DNA of 64,000 nt, taken from contig CAVXWP010000002.1 in the NCBI GenBank assembly GCA_963765495.1, positions 448,001 through 512,000 of the forward strand, written 5' to 3'. The notes below the pieces were generated by a model. That model had not been told where the DNA came from. It saw only the letters and a list, made by a program, of their open reading frames with translations, and searched no databases. Made by a program: the position numbers and the translations under genes. Below are positions 41,654 through 50,988 of this stretch, piece by piece. Position 1 is the stretch's first letter, and the number at the start of each line of letters is the position of its first letter. The DNA comes from Blastocatellia bacterium. GTDB lineage: Bacteria; Acidobacteriota; Blastocatellia; UBA7656.

Positions 41654-43777
41654 ATGCAAACCTCATTCTTACTTGCGCCAATAATATTAGCGCCGCTCGT
41701 GGGTGCACTGATACTCGGACTGCTGGGCAAAAAAATGTCCGAGCGCACGATAGGCATTATCGCCTGCTCTACGGTAGCTCTCTCGTGCGTACTCTCTTTT
41801 TACGCCTTCTTCACGCGGTTGCTGCCGCTCGCCGGAGAAGAGCGGAGAGTTCACGAACACCTTTTCACGTGGATAAACGTAGGCAATTTCCGCTCAGACT
41901 TCTCGCTGCTGCTCGACCCGCTTTCCGGCGTCTATATACTCTTCATCACATTTGTCGCCCTCTGGATTCATGTCTTCGCAACGGGCTATATGCGCGGCGA
42001 AGATGGTTACTGGCGGTTCTTCGCCTATCTGAACCTGTTCATGTTCGCGATGCTCACGCTCGTGCTTGCCGACAATTTCCTGCTGATGTTTGTGGGATGG
42101 GAAGGCGTGGGGCTTTGCTCGTATCTGCTGATCGGCTTTTACTACACTAGAGGCTATGCCAATGACGCGGCAAAGAAGGCGTTTATCGTCAACCGCGTAG
42201 GCGATTTCGGATTCGCGCTCGGGCTGTTTTTGCTATTCTGGAAATCCGGCTCGATCTTCTATTTCAACGACCCGCGAGGCATTCCGAGCGCCTTCGAATG
42301 GGCTATGACTCAGGCCACCGAACCGCTCACGTTTGCGGCGATATTTGCGGGCGGGCTTACGACGATCGCCGCCTTAATGTTTGTAGGCGCAACAGGAAAG
42401 AGCGCACAGATACCGCTTTACGTCTGGCTGCCCGACGCGATGGCAGGCCCTACGCCTGTGAGCGCGCTCATACACGCCGCGACGATGGTGACGGCGGGCG
42501 TCTACATGGTGGCGCGCGCAAGTTCGATATTCATCCACGCGCCTTCGGCCATGATGATAGTAGCGATCATCGGCGCGGCCACGGCGCTGTTTGCCGCAAC
42601 AATCGGCATCGCGCAGTGGGACATCAAAAAAGTGCTGGCTTACTCGACCGTCTCTCAGCTTGGCTATATGTTTTTAGCCTGCGGAGTGGGCGCATTCAGC
42701 GCGGGGATATTTCACGTCTTTACTCACGCGTTCTTCAAGGCGCTGCTCTTTTTAGGGTCCGGCTCCGTGATCATAGGCATGCATCACGAGCAGGACATGC
42801 GCCGGATGGGCGGTTTGAAGAAATACATGAAGATCACGTTTGCGACGATGGCCGCGGGCTGGCTGGCGATTTCGGGCGTGCCTTTGCTTTCGGGTTTCTT
42901 CAGCAAAGACGAAATCCTTTATCAATCATTCACGACCTCTGTCTTGCCCGCGCCCTGGCCCACGGTGCTATGGGCCGTAGGCGCGATAACGGCTCTTTTG
43001 ACCGCGATCTATATGACCCGGTTGATGGTCGTCACATTCTGGGGCGATGAGCGGTACGATCAGCCTATCATTGATGACCCTGAGCAAAAATCGCATTCCG
43101 ATCAGGCGGTGACTCCGCACGGGGTCGGACCCGACGAGCACTCGCATCATCACGGCAAGCCGCACGAATCGCCGCTTTCGATGACGCTGCCTCTCATAGT
43201 GCTCGCGGTGGGCGCGGTCTTTGCCGGTTTTCTTGGAGTCCCGGAGGGGCTTTCAGGCGGCGCGATTCCGAATTACATAGAGCATTTTCTCGAACCATCC
43301 ATTGCCCATCTTGGTGAAGTCGCGCACGCGGAAGCGGGAAGAGGTATAGAAGCCTCACCGGCAGCACGCGAAATAGCCCCCGCAAGTCATGAAGAATCCG
43401 CGGCAGCAGAAGGCCACGGCACAGAGATCGCACTGACCGTGGTTTCATCCGTGATTGCGATACTTGGGATACTGGCCGGGTGGGTCTGGTTCAGGAGGCA
43501 GCCGCTATGGAAACCGCCGCGATTACTCGAAGAAAAATACTATGTCGATGAGGTCTATGACGCGGCGATCATTGAGCCGATCAAGACAGGCTCGACCAGC
43601 ATACTGTGGAAGATCATCGACGTGGGCCTGATCGACGGCGCGGTAAACAGCGCGGCTGCAACGGCCCGAGGACTGGGGAGCGCTCTGCGCTATCTGCAAT
43701 CCGGCTTTGCCCGCAGCTATGTGGCCGTAGTCGTGCTGGGCGCGCTGCTTTTGATCGGATACTTTGTCATAAGGTAG
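41654..43777 (+). CDS. nuoL: NADH-quinone oxidoreductase subunit L
   Basis: GKSAQIPL, WLPDAMAGPTPVSALIHAATMVTAG, HAFFKALLFL. Confidence 0.98.
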   Translation: MQTSFLLAPIILAPLVGALILGLLGKKMSERTIGIIACSTVALSCVLSFYAFFTRLLPLAGEERRVHEHLFTWINVGNFRSDFSLLLDPLSGVYILFITFVALWIHVFATGYMRGEDGYWRFFAYLNLFMFAMLTLVLADNFLLMFVGWEGVGLCSYLLIGFYYTRGYANDAAKKAFIVNRVGDFGFALGLFLLFWKSGSIFYFNDPRGIPSAFEWAMTQATEPLTFAAIFAGGLTTIAALMFVGATGKSAQIPLYVWLPDAMAGPTPVSALIHAATMVTAGVYMVARASSIFIHAPSAMMIVAIIGAATALFAATIGIAQWDIKKVLAYSTVSQLGYMFLACGVGAFSAGIFHVFTHAFFKALLFLGSGSVIIGMHHEQDMRRMGGLKKYMKITFATMAAGWLAISGVPLLSGFFSKDEILYQSFTTSVLPAPWPTVLWAVGAITALLTAIYMTRLMVVTFWGDERYDQPIIDDPEQKSHSDQAVTPHGVGPDEHSHHHGKPHESPLSMTLPLIVLAVGAVFAGFLGVPEGLSGGAIPNYIEHFLEPSIAHLGEVAHAEAGRGIEASPAAREIAPASHEESAAAEGHGTEIALTVVSSVIAILGILAGWVWFRRQPLWKPPRLLEEKYYVDEVYDAAIIEPIKTGSTSILWKIIDVGLIDGAVNSAAATARGLGSALRYLQSGFARSYVAVVVLGALLLIGYFVIR

Positions 43778-43794
43778 AGGCGAGACTTTTTAAG

Positions 43795-45369
43795 ATGGAA
43801 ACTTATCTGCTCACTATAATCACGCTGCTGCCGGTCGCGGGCGCGATCCTGCTCGCCTTCCTCGGGCAAGGCGACGGCGCAAAAGAGAAGATGCTGAAAT
43901 GGACCGCGCTGCTTGTCGCCCTGCTGACATTTGCGGTCTCGCTTGCGCTCCCCTTCGGATTCAAATCCGGGGCCGGTCTTCAGTTTGAAACAAATATTCC
44001 ATGGATCACAGCTTTCAATCTGGGTGTGAACTATCACGTAGCGATTGACGGGTTGAGCCTCTGGCTCGTGATGCTTACGACATTGCTTGTCCCAGTGGCG
44101 ATGCTCTCTTCGTGGAACTCGATCCACTTCCGGCTGCGCGAGTTTCTGATCTCAATGCTGGCGCTTGAGACGGGGATGATAGGCGTGTTCATTGCGATGG
44201 ACATGTTTTTGTTCTACCTGTTCTGGGAAGTTATGCTCGTGCCGATGTACTTTCTGATTGGCGTGTGGGGTGGCGAGCGGCGCATCTACGCGGCGATCAA
44301 GTTTGTCATATACACGGTGATCGGCTCTCTTCTGATGCTGGCCGGAATAATCGCGCTCTATTCCCTGCACGGGCAGGCGACGGGCAATTACACATTCGAC
44401 ATCGCGACTATCACTGCGGCAGTAAAATCATCACCCTTTCTGACCTTTGAGCAACAGGAATGGTTGTTTGCCGCCTTCGCCATCGCGTTCCTGATAAAGG
44501 TGCCGCTCTTTCCTTTTCACACGTGGCTGCCCGATGCGCACGTCGAAGCGCCGACGGCAGGGTCGGTTATACTTGCGGGCGTGCTGCTCAAGATGGGCAC
44601 TTACGGGTTGATGCGCTTCAATCTGCCGATCTTCCCGGATGCTTCGCATTACTTCGCAACGCTCATCTCTACGCTCGCCGTCATAGGCATAATCTACGGC
44701 GCGCTTGTGGCGATGGTGCAGCCAGATTTAAAGAAGCTTGTGGCCTACTCTTCGGTGAGCCATCTTGGTTTTGTGGTGCTTGGAATATTCTCATTCACCG
44801 ACCAGGGATTGCAGGGTGCGCTCTATCAGATGCTCAATCACGGGGTTTCGACCGGCGCGCTCTTTATGATCGTGGGCATGGTTTACGACAGACGGCACAC
44901 CCGGCAGATAGCCGAATTCGGCGGGCTGGCCAGCGTCATGCCCGTCTATTCGTCGCTCTTTCTGGTCGTCACGCTGTCGTCAATCGCATTGCCGCTTTTG
45001 AACGGATTCGTAGGCGAATTTTTGATCCTCGTAGGCACGTTCACTTCATCTGTGCTTCCTCACGCGAGGCTGTTTGCAGCGTTTGCGGCTACGGGGATGA
45101 TACTGTCGGCGGTTTACATGCTCTGGATGTATCAGCGAGTGATAATGGGCGAGACCACTAATCCGGAAAATATGAAGCTCGCGGATTTGAATGGAAGAGA
45201 GAAGCTGGCCCTTGCGCCGATGATAATCCTGATCTTCGTGATGGGTATATATCCGAGCCTCTTCCTTTCACGCAGCGATGCGGCTGTCACATCAATTCGA
45301 GAGCGTGTCAACCCCGCGCCCGTGACGGCGACCGCTTCGGAAAAGAATATCGAGATTGCAGAACACTGA
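43795..45369 (+). CDS. nuoM: NADH-quinone oxidoreductase subunit M
   Basis: KVPLFPFHTWLPDAHVEAP, LKMGTYG, AYSSVSH. Confidence 0.98.
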   Translation: METYLLTIITLLPVAGAILLAFLGQGDGAKEKMLKWTALLVALLTFAVSLALPFGFKSGAGLQFETNIPWITAFNLGVNYHVAIDGLSLWLVMLTTLLVPVAMLSSWNSIHFRLREFLISMLALETGMIGVFIAMDMFLFYLFWEVMLVPMYFLIGVWGGERRIYAAIKFVIYTVIGSLLMLAGIIALYSLHGQATGNYTFDIATITAAVKSSPFLTFEQQEWLFAAFAIAFLIKVPLFPFHTWLPDAHVEAPTAGSVILAGVLLKMGTYGLMRFNLPIFPDASHYFATLISTLAVIGIIYGALVAMVQPDLKKLVAYSSVSHLGFVVLGIFSFTDQGLQGALYQMLNHGVSTGALFMIVGMVYDRRHTRQIAEFGGLASVMPVYSSLFLVVTLSSIALPLLNGFVGEFLILVGTFTSSVLPHARLFAAFAATGMILSAVYMLWMYQRVIMGETTNPENMKLADLNGREKLALAPMIILIFVMGIYPSLFLSRSDAAVTSIRERVNPAPVTATASEKNIEIAEH

Positions 45370-45371
45370 AT

Positions 45372-46892
45372 ATGAACCAGATTTCTATAGACTATCACGC
45401 GATCCTGCCGGAGACGATCACTGCCCTCGTCGCCGTCATCATCATGCTGCTCGACGCATTCTCGCGCAAAATCGAGACTCGCATCGCGGGCGCGATGTCG
45501 CTTGTGGGGCTGGCAGGAGCCGCGGCAGCAGTCTTTAGCCTGTGGGGCCGAAACGGCGAAACATCCTTCGCGGGTATGATCATCACGGATGATTTCAGGC
45601 TCTTTTTCGCGATGATCTTTCTGATCGTAACATTTCTGATCGTCCTGATTTCGCTTCGATGGGTGGGAGACGAACAACTGCCGACGGGCGAATACTTCGC
45701 GCTTCTGATGTTTGCCACCACGGGCATGCTGTTTATGTCGGCGGCAAATGATCTGGTGATGATCTTTCTCGGGCTTGAGATCACATCAATATCAACTTAT
45801 GTGTTGTGCGGATACCGCAGGCGCGACCCGCGCTCGAACGAATCGGCGGTCAAGTATTTCATACTCGGTTCGTTCTCGACGGCCTTTTTGCTATTCGGCA
45901 TCACGCTCATTTATGGAGCGAGCTACAATCCGGCAGCCACGCCTGTCGCCACCACGAATCTGTTGTTACTGAAAGAGCGGTTCTCATCGGGGGTGCTTTT
46001 TTCCGAGCAATTGCTCTTTGCGGGCGCGGCTATGATGATCGTTGGGTTCGGGTTCAAAGTAGCTACCGCGCCTTTCCACATCTGGTCGCCGGATGTTTAC
46101 GAAGGCGCGCCTACGCCCGTGACCGCGTTTCTTTCCACGGGATCAAAGGCCGCTGCCTTCGCCGCATTCTCACGCGTGTTCATACTGACTTTCGCCGCGA
46201 CACCGATTGTTGGAGGGCTGGCAAACGGAGTGATGCCCGCGTTGCACGAGGTAATTACAAACTCGCTATGGGTGATGGCTGCGCTGACTATGACGATTGG
46301 CAATCTGGTCGCAATCGTTCAGAGCAACATCAAGCGAATGCTCGCCTACTCATCAATCGCGCACGCGGGGTACGCGCTTGTGGGGATGGTGGCTATGGAT
46401 TGGCGCTCGGTGGCGTTTTATCTGTTGAGCTACGTTGTGATCAACATAGGCGCGTTCGCCGTGATCGAGGTCATTGCAAGGCGCGGCGACAAGCGAACCG
46501 AGATAGCGGATTACGCGGGGATAGGGTTTCAAACAATCGGGCTTGCGGCGGCGCTTTCGCTCTTTCTGCTTTCGCTCGCGGGGATACCGCTGACGGCCGG
46601 GTTTATGGGCAAGCTGCTTGTCTTCAAATCGGCCTGGGGAGCCGGTTTCCACGGGCTCGTCGTCATAGGCGTGATCAACAGCGCGATCTCCTGGTACTTC
46701 TATCTGCGAGTCATAGTGGCGATGTTTTTCGCCGAACCCGCTGTCGGATTCAAAGCGCCTGTCGTGGCCCGCTCACTGGCGGCGGCTCTAATCCTGACCA
46801 TCCTCGGCACTCTTTATCTCGGCATTCTGCCGGGCCGCGTGCTCGGCGCGCTTGAGCGGGCGAGCGATCAGATTCATACTGCGCTGAAGTGA
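45372..46892 (+). CDS. nuoN: NADH-quinone oxidoreductase subunit N
   Basis: ESAVKYF, PFHIWSPDVYEGAP, KRMLAYSSIAHAGY. Confidence 0.98.
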   Translation: MNQISIDYHAILPETITALVAVIIMLLDAFSRKIETRIAGAMSLVGLAGAAAAVFSLWGRNGETSFAGMIITDDFRLFFAMIFLIVTFLIVLISLRWVGDEQLPTGEYFALLMFATTGMLFMSAANDLVMIFLGLEITSISTYVLCGYRRRDPRSNESAVKYFILGSFSTAFLLFGITLIYGASYNPAATPVATTNLLLLKERFSSGVLFSEQLLFAGAAMMIVGFGFKVATAPFHIWSPDVYEGAPTPVTAFLSTGSKAAAFAAFSRVFILTFAATPIVGGLANGVMPALHEVITNSLWVMAALTMTIGNLVAIVQSNIKRMLAYSSIAHAGYALVGMVAMDWRSVAFYLLSYVVINIGAFAVIEVIARRGDKRTEIADYAGIGFQTIGLAAALSLFLLSLAGIPLTAGFMGKLLVFKSAWGAGFHGLVVIGVINSAISWYFYLRVIVAMFFAEPAVGFKAPVVARSLAAALILTILGTLYLGILPGRVLGALERASDQIHTALK

Positions 46893-47428
46893 TGGCTAAG
46901 ATAGAATCTCTCTCAGACCGCATTCCAAAGTCCGCAAGGACGGTCAAGGCCGAAGACATCGTCGCCGAGATCAAACGCCATCTTGGCAATCACGCTCTGG
47001 ATGCGCTCTACCGCGACCGCATTCTTTCACAGCGGACCCGCCAGTACCAGTTGGACGCGCCGGTAAAGGCTGCTCGCGTAGAGGTGCTGCACACTCTGCT
47101 CGGCATAGAGCTAAAGATAGGAAATCGGCGATTGCTCTGTCCCGACCTCGCAACGGCTCGTTACCTGTCGGTCTTCGCCCGCCTCGGCTCGGATGTCATA
47201 GCCGTGCCTTACGACATCACTCAAATCTCTTCAATAGCCGACGAGCTTGAATCAAGCTGGCATCGAATGACGCTTCTGGTGGATCATTTCACCGTAGACC
47301 GCAGCGAGCGACTGCGCGGGCTGGTCTTAAAGCGACTGCTCAAAGACATACGAAAGGCAATTGCCGAGCAGGGCGCGGGGACGAAATTTCCGAAGTTCAA
47401 TCAAAAGACCAGACAGCGAAAAGAATAA
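46889..47428 (+). CDS. Hypothetical protein translationally coupled to nuoN
   Basis: Start overlaps the nuoN stop (GTGATG); globular-looking 179 aa. Confidence 0.8.
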   Translation: MMAKIESLSDRIPKSARTVKAEDIVAEIKRHLGNHALDALYRDRILSQRTRQYQLDAPVKAARVEVLHTLLGIELKIGNRRLLCPDLATARYLSVFARLGSDVIAVPYDITQISSIADELESSWHRMTLLVDHFTVDRSERLRGLVLKRLLKDIRKAIAEQGAGTKFPKFNQKTRQRKE

Positions 47429-47471
47429 AACCTAAAGGATAAAATTTGCGGCAGTTGGAAAGGACGAACGG

Positions 47472-48116
47472 GTGGGTCGAAGGTCTGTTAATTTCGATAG
47501 AATTGCTTCACTGCTCTCTCCTTTTTTTCGCAACAGGCGGATGCGCCTGTTTTGCGAAATCGCGTCACCTTCGGCCGACACTTCGATTCTTGATATAGGC
47601 GGCTACGCCTGGTTCTGGGCGGATTTGCCCGTAAAATCCGACATCACGATAATCAACATCGAAAAACCGAATATCAGTTCATCCGAGCGCGAGGCATATC
47701 AATTCGTGATGGCCGACGGCAGAAATCTCCCTTTCCCCGATAACGCTTTTGACATAGTGTTTTCCAATTCTGTTATAGAACACCTCTTCACATACGAGAA
47801 TCAAAAGCGATTTGCGGAAGAGACAAGAAAAGCCGGCAAGCGGCTGTGGGTGCAAACTCCGGCCAGATGGTTCCCAATAGAGACCCATCTGAAAAGCCCT
47901 TTGATTCATTACCTCCCGGCTTCTATGCAGCGAAAGCTGATAAAGAATTTTTCGGTGTGGGGACTTATGACAAGGCCGACACAGGAAGAGACTGACGCGC
48001 TTTTAAGTGAGATTCGATTGCTGACCTACAAAGAGATGAAAGACCTCTTCCCCGATTGCCGGATCATCAAGGAAAAATTTCTCTTCTTCACAAAATCCTA
48101 CATAGCTTATAGATGA
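47472..48116 (+). CDS. Class I SAM-dependent methyltransferase
   Basis: ILDIGG, ADGRNLPF, FDIVFSNSVIEH. Confidence 0.9.
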   Translation: MGRRSVNFDRIASLLSPFFRNRRMRLFCEIASPSADTSILDIGGYAWFWADLPVKSDITIINIEKPNISSSEREAYQFVMADGRNLPFPDNAFDIVFSNSVIEHLFTYENQKRFAEETRKAGKRLWVQTPARWFPIETHLKSPLIHYLPASMQRKLIKNFSVWGLMTRPTQEETDALLSEIRLLTYKEMKDLFPDCRIIKEKFLFFTKSYIAYR

Positions 48117-48193
48117 TGCGTGATGCGTGAGATTGGGAATACACTGTTAAAAGGAGACTATCTTTAAAATCACGTATCACGCATCACGCATCA
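48114..48193. repeat. Inverted (TGCGTGA)n/(TCACGCA)n array
   Basis: Begins at the methyltransferase stop codon. Confidence 0.9.
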
Positions 48194-48252
48194 TTTTTTG
48201 CGCTTCATTGCACCTTAGCGTGCCCCTTCCCTCCGTGCTATACTTTTTCCGC

Positions 48253-49056
48253 ATGGCCGACAGTGATGACAGTATGCTGGATAAAGCCGAAGGGGTGGCA
48301 AGACGGCTTCTCGAACGGCTCGGCGCCAAGGTTGACAGCAAGATGGGCGCAACCGACAAGGAAGTCCTCAGCCCGCGCGAGGTCGGAGAATTGACCTCCC
48401 GCATAGAACGAACTATCGAATCACATCTCAGAGAAGATAAGAACGGCACAAAACGCGTCGCGCCAAATCGTTTTCAGGTACTCTTCACATACGAAGAGAC
48501 ATCACGGCTCAACACAAAATATATCGAAGCTCTCGGCTTGGAACTCAAAGCCTCGATATATGAATACATCAACAATCGGCGGTACGAGGTTCGCGGTCCC
48601 TTCGAAGTGAAAACGGGTCGAGACCTGTTTGCAAAAACCACGGTCGTCAAAGCTTTCTTTGAAGGGGATACAGCGGCCTCAAATCCGGTCGATCCCGTTT
48701 CCGACCCTCCCCCCCAGCCAGGCGGCCAGCCCGCAAAGCCTTCTACAGACCGAAGGGTATCGCTTCGCACATCTGACGGACAGAGCTTTATCATCAATTT
48801 GAAACCGGGCGGCGCTCCGGCGCATATCGGGCGCGCTTCGAATTGCGCGATACGCATAGATGATGCGAGCATCTCCCGGATGCACTGCTCCGTCACGTTG
48901 CGCAGCAACGGCGATATTGTTATAGCCGATCTAGGCAGTTCAAACGGTACATCTCTCAACAACCAGATGCTTGGCACAAACGAAGCCCGCTCGATAGATA
49001 CCGGCGACACAATCGGAGTCGGAGACATCATACTTAATGTAGCTGAGATCGAATGA
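48253..49056 (+). CDS. FhaA-like protein (DUF3662-like N-domain plus FHA domain)
   Basis: APNRFQV N-domain; Pro linker; FHA motifs IGR, SRMH, DLGSSNGT. Confidence 0.88.
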   Translation: MADSDDSMLDKAEGVARRLLERLGAKVDSKMGATDKEVLSPREVGELTSRIERTIESHLREDKNGTKRVAPNRFQVLFTYEETSRLNTKYIEALGLELKASIYEYINNRRYEVRGPFEVKTGRDLFAKTTVVKAFFEGDTAASNPVDPVSDPPPQPGGQPAKPSTDRRVSLRTSDGQSFIINLKPGGAPAHIGRASNCAIRIDDASISRMHCSVTLRSNGDIVIADLGSSNGTSLNNQMLGTNEARSIDTGDTIGVGDIILNVAEIE

Positions 49057-49147
49057 CGATCTGCTTCCCGGACGCAATCGGTTTAACGAACATCAAAGGC
49101 AGGCTTCATCGTATCTGAAGTCAGCCTGTGGTTTTGGAGTAATCTCT

Positions 49148-50947
49148 ATGCTCATACCCTTTATCCTCACAATCATATTTGGCGCGGCAAGTCTGCTCTT
49201 GATGCTGGTGCTTGGATGGGCCGCCTGGCGACACCGCAATCCGCCGGTCGCAACCGAAGGCTCGACGGCAGAAGAGCTAAAGGATTTTGGCCCCACCGCC
49301 ACGAATCGCTGGATTCGCGGGCTGAGAGTCTTTTTTATACTGCTCATACTGGCCGTTTTCGGCTTCCATTCCTACTGGGTCTTCAAAGCCGATTCGAGCG
49401 ATACCTTCAAGAGCGCAAAGGGGATGGACCTCAGAAATCGCAGGCTTGCCGAAAGCGGGCTGAAGGGGTGGGTGCTTGACCGCAGCGGGAAACTTGAATC
49501 TGCCCTGGTCCGATACCGCGCCGATGCCGGAGTCATCTCGCGAGAATACCCGCTCGGCGAAGCCGCCGTTCACCTGACCGGCTATTCTGATTTCATATTT
49601 GGCGCGGGAGGGCTGGAACACGCCTATAGCGACTGGCTCACAAAGCCCGTCAGCACCTATAACGAACTGACGTCGCCCGTACCCGTGGGGCATGATTTGA
49701 AGGTATCAATAGATTCGAATTTTCAGAAGGAAGCCTATAACCTTGTAAAAGGCGCGGGCAAACCCGCAGCGGCCGTCGTTTTGTTGTTGCCAAATAATGA
49801 GGTGCTGGCGATGGCCTCGGCTCCGAGTTTCGATCCCTCCGCGGTAAACGATACGGAGACCTGGCATAAGCTTTCGGAACAGGCCGAGCAGGCTCCCCTC
49901 ATCAGCCCGCTCGTCAATCGCGCGCTCGGAACCCTTGTAACAGGTGGCCCTGCCTTTTATTACAGACCCGGCTCGACATTCAAGACCTTTGTCGCGGCCG
50001 TAGCCATCGACAGCGGCGTCACAAACGAAAGATTCACCTGCAAAGCGGAAGGGTTTACGCCTCAAGGCTCGGGCCGCGCAATAAGGGATTTTGCGGGCGA
50101 GGTGCACGGCACCATCGGATTGCAAGATGCTTTCACACATTCGTGCAATCAGTATTTCGCCCAGCTCGGCCTCAAGCTTGGCCGCGAACGACTGGCCAAT
50201 TACGCCCGCCGGTTGAATTACTCAACCTCGCCCAGCGACAACATCAGCCGCTCGACAAACCTCTGGGAGATACTTCACGGCGACCCCGATGAATTTAACT
50301 TTATCTTTGCGCCACCCGTCACAAGGATGAACCTCTCATCTGATGCGACTCCTTATGATGTTGCGCTCCAATCATTCGGTCAAGGGTTCGATGATTTGAC
50401 GGTGATATCTATGGCAGTTTTGGCTGCGGCCGCCGCAAGCCAGGATGGTTCATTCGTAGCTCCAACGTTTGAGACCGATGCGCCAAGAAAGGTCATAGGT
50501 CCGTTTATCACCCCGCAATCTGCCGCCACGCTTCGCGCGCTTATGCGCTCGGTAGTAGAAAGCGGGACAGCCAGAGGCGCATTCGCTCCGCTTGCGGGAC
50601 GAATAAGCGCGGGCGGAAAGACAGGCACCGCCGACCGCGTAATCCCTCTCTACGACCGCGACGGCAATAAGGTGGTTGATTATGTGGATAAAGACGGCGA
50701 GAAGCACTACAAAACACTAGAAGCCACCGATTCGTGGTTTATAGGTTTTGCGCCGGCCGATAACCCGCGCATAGCCTATGCCGTCGTCGTGGAAAACGGC
50801 GGAGAAGGCTCGAAAGCCGCCGCGCCCATCGCGGTCAAACTGATACAGGCCGCCGCATCACTCGGCTATATCGGCGGCGGAGCCCCGGTACCGGCCCAGC
50901 CAAGATCGGCCCGCCCTGCCCGGCCTGCGACAGGGGGAAATCGTTGA
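49148..50947 (+). CDS. Class B penicillin-binding protein (PbpA-like transpeptidase)
   Basis: SxxK (GSTFK), SxN (SCN), KTG (GKTGT), SWFIGFAP. Confidence 0.93.
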   Translation: MLIPFILTIIFGAASLLLMLVLGWAAWRHRNPPVATEGSTAEELKDFGPTATNRWIRGLRVFFILLILAVFGFHSYWVFKADSSDTFKSAKGMDLRNRRLAESGLKGWVLDRSGKLESALVRYRADAGVISREYPLGEAAVHLTGYSDFIFGAGGLEHAYSDWLTKPVSTYNELTSPVPVGHDLKVSIDSNFQKEAYNLVKGAGKPAAAVVLLLPNNEVLAMASAPSFDPSAVNDTETWHKLSEQAEQAPLISPLVNRALGTLVTGGPAFYYRPGSTFKTFVAAVAIDSGVTNERFTCKAEGFTPQGSGRAIRDFAGEVHGTIGLQDAFTHSCNQYFAQLGLKLGRERLANYARRLNYSTSPSDNISRSTNLWEILHGDPDEFNFIFAPPVTRMNLSSDATPYDVALQSFGQGFDDLTVISMAVLAAAAASQDGSFVAPTFETDAPRKVIGPFITPQSAATLRALMRSVVESGTARGAFAPLAGRISAGGKTGTADRVIPLYDRDGNKVVDYVDKDGEKHYKTLEATDSWFIGFAPADNPRIAYAVVVENGGEGSKAAAPIAVKLIQAAASLGYIGGGAPVPAQPRSARPARPATGGNR

Positions 50948-50988
50948 GATAATTTCTTGCTGGACGCTTACATACGAGGCGCTAAAGA

